Assembly (NCBI GenBank): GCA_963422375.2
Contig: CAXXKD010000001.1
Coordinates: 352,001-416,000 of the forward strand
Direction: 5' to 3'
Origin: Bryobacterales bacterium
Lineage (GTDB): Bacteria > Acidobacteriota > Terriglobia > Bryobacterales > UBA6623
DNA length: 64,000 bases
The notes below the pieces were generated by a model, which saw only the letters and a list, made by a program, of their open reading frames with translations, was not told the origin of the DNA and searched no databases. This document shows positions 35,240 through 46,939 of this stretch, one piece after another (the first letter of the stretch is position 1; each line of letters opens with the position of its first letter). Position numbers and translations under genes: made by a program.

Positions 35240-35929
35240 TCATCCCGGAGGCGGCTCCCTCTTGCCGAATATTGCGGTGCCGACCCGGACATGGGTGGCG
35301 CCTTCCTCGATCGCGACCTCCAGGTCGTGGCTCATGCCCATCGAGAGCCCCGAGATGCCGTGCGGCGCGGCGAGCTCGCGCAGGTGTCGGAAGTACGGCC
35401 GCGAATCTTCCGGGTCCGCGCTCCAGGGGGGCATCGTCATCAGCCCGGCGAGCCGCAGGCCCGGTGCCGCCGCGGCGGCCTCCAGGACGGCCGGTAGCGA
35501 CGGCGGGTCCATTCCCGCCTTGGACTGCTCGCGGCTCAGCTTGACCTCGAGGAAGACTTCCAGATCCGCGGCGAAGCGGTCCAGCCGCTCCGCCAGCCTC
35601 ACGCTGTCGAGTGTGTGAACCGTCGCGAACAGACCCGCCGCGCGCTTCACCTTGTTGCGCTGGAGCCTGCCGATCATGTGAAAGCGCGCCCCCGGCAGGT
35701 CGGGCAGCGCGGCGGCCTTGCGCTCGAATTCCTGGACGTAGTTCTCGCCGAAGTCCCTCTGGCCCGCCTCGTAGGCGGCGACGATGTCCTCCGGCGGCTT
35801 GCGCTTCGACACCGCGACCAAGGTGATCGCGCCGGGGAAGCGCCCCGCGCGCCCGGCCGCGGCTGCGATCCGCTGGCGGACCGCGTCGAGGCGGCTCGCG
35901 ATGCCAGATCGGGATCGGCCCGGGTCCAT
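35240..35929 (-). CDS. yggS: YggS family PLP-binding protein
   Basis: [31 protein letters not shown] and LSMGMSHD...[13 protein letters not shown]. Confidence 0.95.
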   Translation of the reverse strand: MDPGRSRSGIASRLDAVRQRIAAAAGRAGRFPGAITLVAVSKRKPPEDIVAAYEAGQRDFGENYVQEFERKAAALPDLPGARFHMIGRLQRNKVKRAAGLFATVHTLDSVRLAERLDRFAADLEVFLEVKLSREQSKAGMDPPSLPAVLEAAAAAPGLRLAGLMTMPPWSADPEDSRPYFRHLRELAAPHGISGLSMGMSHDLEVAIEEGATHVRVGTAIFGKREPPPG

Positions 35930-35998
35930 ATCCCTTCAGTTTGCGCGCCCGGCCGGGGAATCGCAAGTCGCGCCGCGGGGCCCGCGACGCAGGCCCGG

Positions 35999-37432
35999 TC
36001 AGGCCAGCGCGTCCCGGATCACGTGCCCGTGGACGTCCGTCAGCCGCCGGTCGATGCCGTTGTGCCGGAAGGTCAGCTTGGTGTGGTCGATGCCCAGCAG
36101 GTGCAACACGGTGGCGTGCAGGTCGTAGCAGTAGATGGGATTCTCGAGCGCCTTGTACGACCACTCGTCGCTCGCGCCGTAGACGGTGCCGCCGCGAACG
36201 CCGCCGCCGGCCAGCCAGGATGTGAACGTGAATGGGTTGTGGTCGCGGCCGATCGATCCTTGGCTGCACGGCATCCGGCCGAACTCTGTGGTCCAGTACA
36301 CAATCGTGTCTTCCAGCAGGCCCCGCGACTGCAGGTCACGGACCAGCGCCGCAGCCGGCCTGTCCATGGACTTGCCCATCGCTCCGTGGTCCTTGACCAG
36401 ATCCTCGTGGCTGTCCCAGTTCCGCCGCGGGAACCCGTTGTCCGCTCCGCTCCATACCTGCACGAACCGGACCCCGCGCTCCACCAGGCGGCGGGCGATC
36501 AGGCAGCGCAGCCCGAAGTCCTCGGTGACGGGGTCGTCGAGGCCGTATAGCCTCTTGGTGGCCTCCGACTCGCCCGACAGGTCCATCACCTGCGGGGCCG
36601 TCACCTGCAGCCTCGCGGCCATCTCGTAGGCTTTGATGCGCGCCTCGAGCCTCGAGTCGCCCGCGCGGCGCGCCATGTGCCCGCGGTTCAGCTCTTCCAG
36701 CAGGTCGAGTCCGGCCGCCTCGCTCGCGGGCGTGACGAAGTCCGCCGACGCGGGCGGGAACAGGTCGTGGATCGGATTCTCGCGCCCCGCCCGGATCATC
36801 GTGCCTTGATGCTGTGCCGGCAGGAACGCCGCCGTGTGGTTGCCGGGGCCGTTGGGCGCGAAGCCCCGCGCGTCCGGCAGCACCACGAACGACGGGAGGT
36901 CGTCGGACAGGCTTCCGAGCCCGTACGAAATCCAAGCGCCCATGCTGGGAAAGCCCGGCAGCACGAAGCCGCTGTTCTGCATGAACGTGGCCGGGCCGTG
37001 CACGTTCGACTTCGAGATCATCGACGGGAAGAAGGCCATCTCGTCCACGCACGCGGCAAGGCGCGGCACGAGGCTGCTCATCCATTTGCCGGACTCGCCG
37101 TGCTGCCGCCAGGACCACGGGCTCTGCATGACCGGGCCGGGGTCGCTCTGGAACAGCTCCACCTTGCCGCCCGGGTCGAACTTCTCCCCGCTGCGCTGGA
37201 TCAGCAGGGGCTTGTAGTCGAACGTGTCGCACTGGCTGGCGGCGCCGGACATGAAGAGCTGCACGACTCGCTTCGCCTTGGCGCGATGATGCAGTCCCCC
37301 GTCAAGGCCCGACCCGGCGGCGCTCGAATCGCGGCCCATCAGGTGGGCCAAGGCCACCCAGCCTAGGCCGCCGCCCCAAGTCTCCAGGAAGCGGCGGCGG
37401 TCGATCGTGCGGCGGGCCCGGGCCTGCGTCAT
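35999..37432 (-). CDS. DUF1501 domain protein (Tat-like signal)
   Basis: DRRRFL, AKRVVQLFMSG, DTFDYKP, EFGRMP, GRDHNP and RRLTDVHG. Confidence 0.92.
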   Translation of the reverse strand: MTQARARRTIDRRRFLETWGGGLGWVALAHLMGRDSSAAGSGLDGGLHHRAKAKRVVQLFMSGAASQCDTFDYKPLLIQRSGEKFDPGGKVELFQSDPGPVMQSPWSWRQHGESGKWMSSLVPRLAACVDEMAFFPSMISKSNVHGPATFMQNSGFVLPGFPSMGAWISYGLGSLSDDLPSFVVLPDARGFAPNGPGNHTAAFLPAQHQGTMIRAGRENPIHDLFPPASADFVTPASEAAGLDLLEELNRGHMARRAGDSRLEARIKAYEMAARLQVTAPQVMDLSGESEATKRLYGLDDPVTEDFGLRCLIARRLVERGVRFVQVWSGADNGFPRRNWDSHEDLVKDHGAMGKSMDRPAAALVRDLQSRGLLEDTIVYWTTEFGRMPCSQGSIGRDHNPFTFTSWLAGGGVRGGTVYGASDEWSYKALENPIYCYDLHATVLHLLGIDHTKLTFRHNGIDRRLTDVHGHVIRDALA

Positions 37433-37436
37433 GGCT

Positions 37437-39977
37437 CTAGTCCACGAAAATGAATTCGTTGCTGTTGACGAGCAGCCGGACGGCGTTCGTGAGGCCGTGC
37501 TCGCGGGCGTGGGCCGCGAGCGCCTGCGTCTCGCGGGCGGAAGCGCCGCGCCCGTACGCCAGCCGAATGCCGTAGTCGATCTGCGCCCGGAGGGTGTCCT
37601 CGCGCTCGCGGAGGCGCTGCGCGAAATGCCGCGACTGGGTGACCACGAGCGGGTCGTTGAGCAGGGCCAGCGCCTGGATGGCGGTTAGCGTGCTGCTGCG
37701 CTTGGGGACGAGCAGCGACGGGTCGGCGCAGTCGAGGCTTTCCATGAAAGGGTCCTGGACGCTGCGCACGAGGAAGCGGTAGACGCCTCGGCGCCGGGCC
37801 GCCGGGCTCGAGACGTCGAAGCTCGTGTAGTCGTACACCGGCGAGTGGTCGTCCTTGAAGAGAAAGTGCTCGGCTGACGGCCCTCCCATCGCGAGATCCA
37901 GCTGGCCCCCGACCCAGAGGACCGAGTCGCGGACCGCCTCCGCGTCCAGGCGCGTGCGGTTCATGCGCCACAGGAAGCGGTTGCCGGCATCCTTCGTAGC
38001 TTGCTCGGGGTCGTGCGCGGACGACTGGCGGTAGGTTGCGCTGAGCAGGATCTTGCGGTGCAGCGCCTTCAGGGAGCCGCCTGCGTCCCGGAAATCCGCG
38101 GCGAGCCAGTCCAGCAGCTCCGGATGCGTCGGCTCCCCGCCCATCCGGCCGAAGTCGCTGGGCGACTCCGCCAGCCCGCGCCCAAAGTGGTAGTGCCACG
38201 CACGGTTCACGATGGACCGCCAGGTCAAGGGGTTGCGCGGGTCGGCGAGCCAGCCCGCCAGCGCGGCGCGGGCCGCGCCCTCGCGTCCGGGAGGATCCGG
38301 CTCGAACCGTCCGGCGGGGCCGGGCACGGCCGTCACGGCTCCCGGCACGGCTCGTGTGCCGGGCGCCTCGACGCTGCCCTTGGCGAGAACGTGGACGGGC
38401 CGCGGCTCCCAGGCTGGCGTGAACTTGCCGTGCGTCTCGAAGTAGCTCGCGGCGCTGTAGACGTAGCGGGGCTCCCCCAGCGCGTCGAACTCCGCCGCCA
38501 GCGCGGCCGACGCCTCCGCGCGGCGGTCGTACTCGGCCTTGGCGGCGGGTTCCATTAGAGCGATGGCCAGATCCTTGCGCTCGGCGCGGAGCATTACGAT
38601 GCGCTTCGCGATCTCCGCCCGGCGGGCAATCGTTTCGGGAGTGTCGACCTCGCCCACCTTCGGCAGCAGGATCGTGCTCTCCTCCGAGAGGTCGAAGATC
38701 TCCCCGTCGATGCGGTCGATCTGGGGGCTGCTGGTCTCGTCCAGCTGCCGTAGGAAGGGTCGCAGCGCGTCCTCCGCCTTGCCCCTCCGGCGCCACAGAT
38801 CGCGAGCTCTCGCATGCAAGCCGGGCTCCTCGAAGTACGGCTGGTCGGCCCGGTCCACCCCGGCGAAGACCGCCTGCAGTGCGTAGTAGTCGGCCTGCAG
38901 GATGGGGTCGAACTTGTGGTCGTGGCAGCGGGCGCAGTGGACGGTGAGACTGGCGAAGGCCGTCATTGTCGCGGCCAGCATGTCGTCGCGGTCGAGCAGC
39001 CGCGCGAGCTTCTTGTCCTTCGTGTCCTCGCGCAGTTCGGCGTGCCCCACGTAGTCCCACGGCCCGGCTGCGATGAATCCCGTCGCCACGAGGCCTTCTG
39101 GATCGCTTGGCCACAGCACGTCGCCCGCGATCTGCTCCCGGACGAAGCGCCCGTACGGCTTGTCGCCGTTGAGGCTCCGGATGACGTAGTCGCGGTAGGG
39201 CCACGCGTTGCGGCGCGCCTTGTCCTTGTCGTAGCCGTGGGACTCCCCGTAGTGGACGACATCCAGCCAGTGCCGGCCCCAGCGCTCGCCGTAGCGCGGC
39301 GAGGCGAGCAGGCGGTCCACGAGACGTTCGTACGCGTCCGGCGACGGATCGTTGACAAATGCGTCCACCTCGGCCGGATCCGGGGGGATCCCGTGCAGGT
39401 TGAAGGTCATTCTGCGGATCACGACGGCCCTGTCGGCCACGGCGGAAGGGCGGAGGCCCATTTCGGACAGCTTCGCGAAGACGAATCGGTCGATCGCGTT
39501 ACGAGCCCACTCGCCGCCGATGTCCGGCACTGCGGCCGGGTCCAGCGGCCGGAAGGACCACCACGTGCTCGCGCCCGGGCCGGTGTCTCCTGCCCGCGCA
39601 CCTCCTGCGATCCAGCTGCGCAACAGGCCGACCTCGGCGTCTGAGAGCGGCTCTCCGGCGGGCGGCATGGCGGGCCGGTCGCCGGACACCTTGCTCAGCA
39701 GCAAGCTGGCACTGGGGTCCCCCGGCACGACGGCGGGGCCGCTCTGTCCGCCGCGCAGGACGGTCTCCCGTGTCGACAGGTCCAGGCCCGCTTGGCCTCC
39801 CCCCGCCGGATGACAGGCGAAGCAGCGGGCCTGCACCAATGCGAAGACGTCGCCGCGAAAGGTCGGAGCCTCCGTAGCGGGTGCTACAGCTGCCAAGCAA
39901 AGGCAGGCTGCGGAAGTGACCGCTCGCAGCGCCCGTCGCGAGTCCGATCCGTTGGTGCTGAGCCGGGCGGGCGGCAA
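37437..39977 (-). CDS. Planctomycete cytochrome c / DUF1549 / DUF1553 protein
   Basis: CFACH, YGERWGRHWLDV, CARCHDHKFDP, PTHPELLDWLA and terminal NSNEFIFVD. Confidence 0.92.
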   Translation of the reverse strand: MPPARLSTNGSDSRRALRAVTSAACLCLAAVAPATEAPTFRGDVFALVQARCFACHPAGGGQAGLDLSTRETVLRGGQSGPAVVPGDPSASLLLSKVSGDRPAMPPAGEPLSDAEVGLLRSWIAGGARAGDTGPGASTWWSFRPLDPAAVPDIGGEWARNAIDRFVFAKLSEMGLRPSAVADRAVVIRRMTFNLHGIPPDPAEVDAFVNDPSPDAYERLVDRLLASPRYGERWGRHWLDVVHYGESHGYDKDKARRNAWPYRDYVIRSLNGDKPYGRFVREQIAGDVLWPSDPEGLVATGFIAAGPWDYVGHAELREDTKDKKLARLLDRDDMLAATMTAFASLTVHCARCHDHKFDPILQADYYALQAVFAGVDRADQPYFEEPGLHARARDLWRRRGKAEDALRPFLRQLDETSSPQIDRIDGEIFDLSEESTILLPKVGEVDTPETIARRAEIAKRIVMLRAERKDLAIALMEPAAKAEYDRRAEASAALAAEFDALGEPRYVYSAASYFETHGKFTPAWEPRPVHVLAKGSVEAPGTRAVPGAVTAVPGPAGRFEPDPPGREGAARAALAGWLADPRNPLTWRSIVNRAWHYHFGRGLAESPSDFGRMGGEPTHPELLDWLAADFRDAGGSLKALHRKILLSATYRQSSAHDPEQATKDAGNRFLWRMNRTRLDAEAVRDSVLWVGGQLDLAMGGPSAEHFLFKDDHSPVYDYTSFDVSSPAARRRGVYRFLVRSVQDPFMESLDCADPSLLVPKRSSTLTAIQALALLNDPLVVTQSRHFAQRLREREDTLRAQIDYGIRLAYGRGASARETQALAAHAREHGLTNAVRLLVNSNEFIFVD

Positions 39978-40259
39978 GGCGAGGTCATTCTACCCTAGGG
40001 TCCTACTTGGTGCATGTCCATTGGCAGGCCGGCGGCGCGCAGGCTTCGAGTAGGTCCAGGGCGCTGCGACGGTCGCTGACCGCCGCGGGCAAGCGATGTT
40101 TCCGATGGCAGAATCCGAACGCAGGACCTACCGGTTCGACGCCTGCGAGAGGGCCGCTGCCGTGCCGGTTGCGAGCGAGCACGGTACGTCCGCCTCTGTG
40201 CCGTGCGAGAGCTTGGCTACGGGACGGGCGAATTGGGGTGGGGGGCAACGTGAGCGCGA

Positions 40260-41527
40260 CGGGCAGGGCGCGCTCCAATGTCATCGATGCCGAGACCGCC
40301 GACGCCGACCGGGCCAGCAGCTGGTAGGTCGGCATAGTCCACCTGCGCGACGGCCGAGTCGCGGACGGCTGGAGCTCGATGGTCGATCCCTATGAGTGGC
40401 TCGATCCGGTGAACGTGCTGTGTAGGATCTCACATTATATTCTTATTTTATTCTCAAATAATTCCATAGGATGGAGCGACTGTCTTCTCAGCTGGATCCA
40501 CTACTGTACGAAGAGGGAGGGGTGACGTCTCGCTGAAGGGCTCGCGGCCGCGGGTGTGTTTCGCAATAGGATGGCAGCAGCCCCGGGGCGCTCGGGCCGG
40601 TCGACGTGGTGGCTGGGGAGCGGGGCCGGGCTAGGCGGACAGCCAGCGGGGCGAGACCGACCGAGGAGGCGACGCGGGCCTGCGGGGGCAGGCCCGGGAG
40701 CGCCAGCTGCGCGGTCTGGAGGGCGTAGACGGCGCCTGTCACGAGCAGCATCGCCAGGGGCTCGTCGCGGCCGGTGGCCAGCCGGAACCCGCACCGGCCA
40801 TTGCGCGAGCCCGGGGCAATGCCCTTGAAGATACCCCCGCCGGGCAGGGGCCGGGTGCCCGCGAGCTCGGTCCCGCGGAGCGCACCGCGGCGACCGCGGG
40901 AGACAAAGACGGCATTGCGGCGGCGTTCGGCGTGGAGGCTTTCGGACCGCCGAGAGGCCTCCAGCAGGGCACCCGCTGGTGCGGCCGTTCCCGACTCATT
41001 CCATCTGAAAGCGCTACGCCCCGCGAAGCAATCCGGCGAAGAATGGCCGTATCCTCACGAACCAACTTGGGAACCTACACACACAAGAACACACGCAAGG
41101 GCATCGGCGTGAGTCAGGTCATGAGGATTCTCACAGCCGACGCTGCGACCGAGAAGTAGTTTCTCCGTGTCCGCCGATCGCGCGGGAAAGCCCCAACCGC
41201 GTCCGCTCGGGCGCGAAGCAAGAGATCCACGGACTTCGCCAGGGCTCATGGGGCCGAGCCGGTCAAGCACTCCGGGCACGCCTTGTCCCTGATGGGCTCG
41301 CTCCATGCGTTGACTTCCATTCCAAGCACGCTCCGGTCCCTTCACGGGTCCTCTCTGTCCGCAAACTTGCAGGTCCACCCCGACGGGCTGGTGCCGAGAT
41401 ACCGCCTCGCCAGCTGCTCGGCGCATCATGCCTGAAAGCCCCAGGATGCTTCCCGGCCGTCCACTCGACCCAAGGTGACAGCCACGTCGGTCGCAAGCGC
41501 CTGGTCGGCCCGGGCGGTGCGTGGCAT
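40260..41527 (-). pseudogene. Decayed Rpn-like fragments (two or three relic pieces)
   Basis: 41270-41527 reads ALATDVAVTLGRVDGREASWGFQA*...AWSEPIRDKA, matching the adjacent Rpn (ALATDVATSLRRV...EWGEHIRDKA). Weaker: LRVFLCV (~41080-41100) and RRWTMPTYQLLA (~40310-40350). Confidence 0.6.
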
Positions 41528-41539
41528 CGCGACACGAGT

Positions 41540-42429
41540 TCACCTCCCGTTGAGCCGGGCCAGCAGGGCGTCCGCGGATTCGCCGGACACGATCGCCACG
41601 CAGGCGTCGTCCAGTGCGCTCGGATCCGAGATCGACGCCGGCGCCCTCCTAATCGCTTCGGCTACCGAGTGCCCGAAGCGCGTCTCAACGATTCGCACTA
41701 GCAGGCTCCGCTTGTCCTCCACCGCCTCCTGCCGGGCCTCCCGCCGTCCCTTGTCGACGCCCTCCGCGAGCGCCTTGTCCCTGATGTGCTCTCCCCATTC
41801 CTTGAATCCCCTGAACTCCTCCCGGGCTCAACGCGCCTCAGGCTCGTGGCCACATCCGTCGCGAGCGCCCAGGCCCGCTGCGGATCCCGGTTCCAGCTGA
41901 ACCGCAGCAGCGCTGCCGCGCTGTTGACCGCCAGTTCCGGGCGGTTCACATCCACCTCCCCGCTGGCCACAAGCTCGTACGTCATCGAAGGCAGCCGCCG
42001 CGCCCCTTCCGCGGGCGGGCAAACCAGCCCGCCCAAGTCCCGGGCAGGGCCCCACGCCCCGTCGCCACTGTAGATCATGCACGAATGCACCAAGGGCAGG
42101 GCCGAGCCGTTGATGCGCTTCTCCGCCAGCAGGCCGTTGTACAGCCCCACCTGGCAGGTGACCATGCGCAGCGCCATCAGCGAGTCGGCCTCGGACTGGA
42201 ACTCAACGTGCAGGAAGACGCGGGGCCTGCCCTTGCGGCGGGACTCGACGCTCCACAGCCGGTCGCTCTCGCGCTGCCGCAGTTCCGCCGTGACGCGCCG
42301 GGTCTCCTCGAGCTGCAGCGTGGTGAGGTCGAGTCCCTCCACCCACGGCTCCGGCACGAAGCCCCGCAGGAAGTCGGCCACGATCCCCCGGTGCGAGAAG
42401 CAGAGCTTGAAGAAGGAGTCGTTGACCAT
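41540..42429 (-). pseudogene. Rpn family (YhgA-like PD-(D/E)XK) nuclease, frameshifted
   Basis: NDSFFKLCFSH, LDLTTL, RESDRLWSV, FLHVEFQS and MALRM. A 1-bp deletion near 41827 separates the typical C-terminus (EGVDKGRREARQE...LLVRIVETRFG). Confidence 0.85.
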
Positions 42430-42727
42430 GTGCGCCGTGCTACGACTCACTTCTCGGCGGCTCGACGGCCCGCCACCGCCTGGACCGAGGCCGGCCTCCG
42501 TAGTCGGGGGGCGCTCTGTCCGTCCCGTCGGCCCTAACGCGGTGTGCGGGGGAGAGACTGCAGCCATCGCAAGAGGAATAATGTTGTGTTCTTTCAGGAT
42601 GAAACGACTCCATCATTTAGAATAAATTTGGTACATACTGAGCCTTTTGCAAAATTCAGAAAAGAGGGCTGACCGCCCCATGAACGACTAGTTTCCGGGC
42701 TGTTATTCTCGCCGAAAAAGACTCCCT

Positions 42728-43998
42728 TCAGCTGGGCTTGCTCGGCTGCGGGGCGCTCCTGCGGGGATCGGCCCCGTGCAGGCGCAGCTGTCCCGGCCCG
42801 GCCCTGCGGGCGGGCGCTCTTCGCGGCTGTCCCGGCGGCCCGGGCTCTCGGAGCGCCAGGCGCAGGAGCTGCGCGACCGTCAGCGCGAGCACGCCGAACA
42901 GGAGGTGGCACAGCACCTTGCCGTGGCCACCTTGCCGTGGCCGCGGACGCGCACGTGGCGCCCGCCGCAATCGTCCTTCAGGCGGCCGTTGACACGCTCC
43001 ACCGTCGAGCGCTCGCGGTAGCGCAGCTTGGCGGGATCCGCCCGCCCGGCGCTGCGCAGCGCCTTGGCCTCCCGTGCCAGATCCGCCTGCAGCTCCGTCC
43101 GGCCGCGCGGGTTGACAGCGATGAGCGGCACGTGCCCGAGCCGCTTGCTGAAGGCCCGGATCCCGGCCGCGTCGTACGCGCTGTCCATCCGGTCGTACAG
43201 GTTGTCGACGCGGCCCGCGGTCCGTGTCGCCAGCGGGATCGCGGCCTGGCTGTCGTGCAGCGAAGCCGCGGTGAGCAGGCAGCTGACCGGGATCCCGCCG
43301 TCGATCGCGTCGATAGGCAGCTTGTAGCCGCGCCAGCTGACGGTACGGCCCTTGGCGTTGCGCTTGGTGCCGGTATCGCAGTCCTGCGGCAGGTCGTGCA
43401 GCATTGCTTCGAGATTCATGTCCGGCTGCCGCGCCAGTCGGCGCGGAGCGGGCGGCCGCTGCTCGCCCTTGCGAGGGCGCCCGCGCTTGCGTTTCGGCTG
43501 GGGTTCCGGCGCGGGCTTCGCGGCGGGCCGCTCGCGGCCCTCGATGGCGGTCGAATCGCGGGAGACGCGCCCTGCCAAGCGGCCGTCGAGCGTCCGCGCG
43601 AGCAGCGCCTCGTGCAAGCGTCCGGGCAGTTCGCCGACGGCGAACTCGGCGCAGGAGCGCGAGAAGGTTGCCTCGCCGGGCACGGCCCCGGCCAGGTCCC
43701 AGCCGCACAGTCGGCGCAGGGTGCGATCGGTCTGCAGGCGCTCGACCGGCGAGCGCGTAGTGGGCTGGTCGAAGACGGCCTTGGCGATGCAGGCGCGCGC
43801 CATGGCGGCGCGGCTTGCGCGGGGGCGGCCGCGGCCGCCCTGCCCGACGGGCAGGCAGTCCTCGACCTGCGCCAGTTCCACCGCTTGAACGAAGCTGCGG
43901 CAGCGCTCGCCGAGGGGGCCGAGTTCCTGCTCGAGCCAGGGGAACAGCCCCTGCTGGAACGTGAACCAGTACGCGGATACGGTTTCTATCAAGGACAT
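42728..43998 (-). pseudogene. IS5/IS1182-like DDE transposase, degenerate
   Basis: LRRLCGW, SRDSTAI, WRGYKL, SLHDSQ, MDSAYD and RSTVERVN; a 14-bp tandem duplication ACCTTGCCGTGGCC (42915-42942) frameshifts the tail. Confidence 0.85.
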
Positions 43999-44171
43999 AT
44001 TCGTTGAATCCTGCCAGCTGTTTACTAGGCTTGCATTACAATAATAGCACGGATGGCAAGGGATTGCCAGGAAACTCAAAACGCATGACAAGCCATTAAA
44101 ACTACATTTACTACAGTTCTATTCCATTGATTATATCGAATACTTAATAGACTAACTAAATGATAATTCTA

Positions 44172-45204
44172 CCTGATTACCAACGAATGTCAGCCGAGGA
44201 TATGCTATACTGGAGGAGGTCGGAAACCTCTGACAGGAAAGGGGATAGCTGATGAAACGCAATCGCGTGCAATTCCAGAAGGGACTCAGCCTGGGCAAGT
44301 TCCTGCAGCGCTACGGCAGCGAGGGGCCATGCGAGCAGGCCGTCTTCAAGGCCCGCTGGCCGGACGGCTTCCGCTGCCCGGAGTGCGGCTCCCGGCGGCA
44401 CTGCCGCATCCGCTCCCGCAAGCTCCGGCAGTGCCATGCCTGCCACCGCCGGACCTCCCTCGTCGCCGGCACGATCTTCGCCGCCACCAAGCTGCCGCTG
44501 ACCGTTTGGTTCCTGGCGCTCCACCTGCTGACGCAGGGCAAGCACGGCGTTTCGTCGCTGGAACTGGCGCGGCAGCCGGGGGTCAGCCGGAATACCGCCT
44601 GGAAGATGAAGCACAAGCTCTTGCAAATGATGAAGGAGCGCGACGAGCGCCTGCCGCTGGCCGGCATCGTGCAGGTGGACGACGCCTGCTGGGGCGGGGA
44701 GCGGAGCGGCGGCAAGCGCGGTCGCGGCGCGGCGGGCAAGACGCCGTTCGTGGCCGCCGTGCAGGTCACCGCCGCCGGCCAGCCGGCAAGGATGCGTATG
44801 AGCAGCGTGGCGGGCTTGCGCAAGAAGACGCTGGCAGCGTGGGCCGGGCGGCACTTGCAGCCCGGCACGAAGGTGCATTCCGACGGCCCGGCCTGCTTCC
44901 GGGGCGTGGCCGACGCCGGCTGCGAGCACGTGCCGACCGTCACCGGAGGCGGGAAGCGGAGCTGCGGGGATTCCCGCTTCGTCCGGGTCAACACGATGCT
45001 GGGGAACGTCAAGCAGTCCCTGGCGGGAACCTGCCATGCGCTCGACGGCAAGCACCTGCCGCGGTACCTCGCCGAGTTCCGCTACCGCTTCAACCGCCGC
45101 TACGATCCGGAGGCGCTGGTCCCCCGCCTGCTCCACGCCTCCGTGCGCACCCCGCCCAGGCCTTACCGCCTCCTAACCTTGGCTGCGTCTTGTGGGTAAT
45201 CAGG
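44172..45204 (+). mobile_element. IS1595 family, IS1595 subgroup (copy C); transposase ORF 44252-45199
   Basis: Ends CCTGATTACC ... GGTAATCAGG with a perfect 8-bp target duplication TAATTCTA; RWPDGFRCPEC, VQVDDA, KHLPRYLAEF. Confidence 0.95.
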
Positions 45205-45269
45205 TAATTCTATGAGCTCGGGATTTTTGCAAAAGGCTCAACTGCAACTGTTTTCAGGCGGTAGGTGCT

Positions 45270-46939
45270 ATGGAATCCATGGTCGCAGCCGCAGGCTCCC
45301 AAGGCGTTCCGTGCCGCAATCCGCCCCGTCGCCGTCCGCTTCGATCACGAGCGCAGCAGCTCCGACGGCGGCGCTGTCCCGGTCGAGGCCGCCGACCGCG
45401 CTCCCGGCCTCACCGCGGCGTTCGCCGACTGCCTGCGCGACCGGCGCCAGCCCTCCGAGGGGCTCCACTCCCTGGCCGACAGGCTCCGCCAGCGCATCTA
45501 CGGCCTCGCCTGCGGCTAGGAGGACTGCAACGACGCCGGGCGCCTTGGCGGCGACCCCGTGTTCAAGCTGCCGCTCGGGGGCGACCCCTTGCAGGGCCGC
45601 GACCTGCCGTCCCGGCCCACCCTGTCGCGCTTCGAGAACGCCGTCACCGCGGACGCGCCGAGCGCGATGTCCGCGGTGCCGGCCCGCTGCGTCCTCCGGT
45701 GTCAGCGCGAGCAGCGCCCCGAGACGAGCATCGTCGAGCTGGACTTCGACCCGCCGCACGGGCACCGGCAGCTGGCGCTGTTCAACAGCTTCTGCGACAC
45801 GCATTGCTACTTGCCGCTGGTGGGCGCGGTGCGCCGCGACGCCGAGCGCCAGCGGCATCTCGTGGCGGCGCTGCCGCGCTCGGGCACGGCCGCGGACCGC
45901 TTGCTGCCGCTGCTGCGGGAATTCTTCCCGCGGGTGACGCTGCGCCTGCGCTTGGATGCGGGCTTCCAAGGGGACGAGCTGCTGGCCATGGCGAGCGCGA
46001 GGGCCTGGAGTACGTGGTGTGCCTGCAGAAGAACGCGGTGCCGGAGCGGCGCGCGGCCCCGTTGCGGGCGGCCGTCGAGGCCCGGCGCCCGCCCGGCGGC
46101 ACCCCGGGCGCGGACCCGGGTGGGGAAGCGGCGGCTGCGGGGGACCCGCCGTCCCGCCCGGAGCAGTTGCGAGCGAAGTACCCGCGGCTGGGAGCCCGCA
46201 CCTAAGGGGGCCGGCCGGACGCGGCGGCCCGGGCCCGCTGAACGGGCAGTTCGTCTACCGGGCGGGCCGCCGGTCGCGGTCGCGGCGCGTGATCGTCAAG
46301 GCGGACGTAAGCGAGTTTCCCGGGCGCGTCCCGAAGTGGTGACCAACGAGGGCGGCCGCCTGCAGCGCCTGTACGAGCGGACCTACCGTCTGCGGGGGGA
46401 CGTGAAGAACCGCGTCAAGGAGCTCAAGCAAGGGATGCGGATGGGCCGCGTCGCCTGCTCGAGCTTCGCGGCGAACCAGTTCCGCGCACCGCTCGCGGCG
46501 TCGGCCTACGCGATCATGCAGGAACTGCGCTGGCAGGCGCGGGAGACGCCACTACGGAAGCGCCAGGTGGACGGGTTGCGCCTCAGCCTGCCGAAGCCGG
46601 GGGGCGGGTCGCGGCCACGGCGGAGCGGATCGTGCTGCACGTGCCGCGGATGACACCGTTCCGGGACGCCTGGGTGGTGGCACGGGGCTTGGGGGCCGTG
46701 CCGATATGACGCCGGGCCGGGTCAATCGGGAGAGTGCGTCGGCAGGCGCTGGGCGCCGCCGGGGGAAACCGTGCCTGTCTCCCGGGCGGGCACCGCCGCC
46801 GAGGTGCCCGAGGCCCGCACGCCGCTCGCGAGACGCCCCACATTTCCCGCCCGCAGGTGATTCGGAAGCAGATTCGGCGGCCATCGAGAGCCCGGAAACC
46901 GGATCCATGAGCCTGCGCCGCATTCATGAATAATGCGGG
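45270..46939 (+). mobile_element. IS1380 family element, degenerate transposase (45270-46709)
   Basis: SSDGG, RQRIYGLACG*EDCND, PTLSRFEN, RLDAGF and YRLRGDVKNRVKELK; several frameshifts; candidate right end ATTCATGAATAATGCGGG. Confidence 0.85.

Larger units (their letters stand above)
42640..45239 (-). mobile_element. IS5/IS1182-like element carrying a nested IS1595
   Basis: Terminal inverted repeats GAGCCTTTTGCAAAA ... TTTTGCAAAAGGCTC bracket the transposase and the nested IS. Confidence 0.85.
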
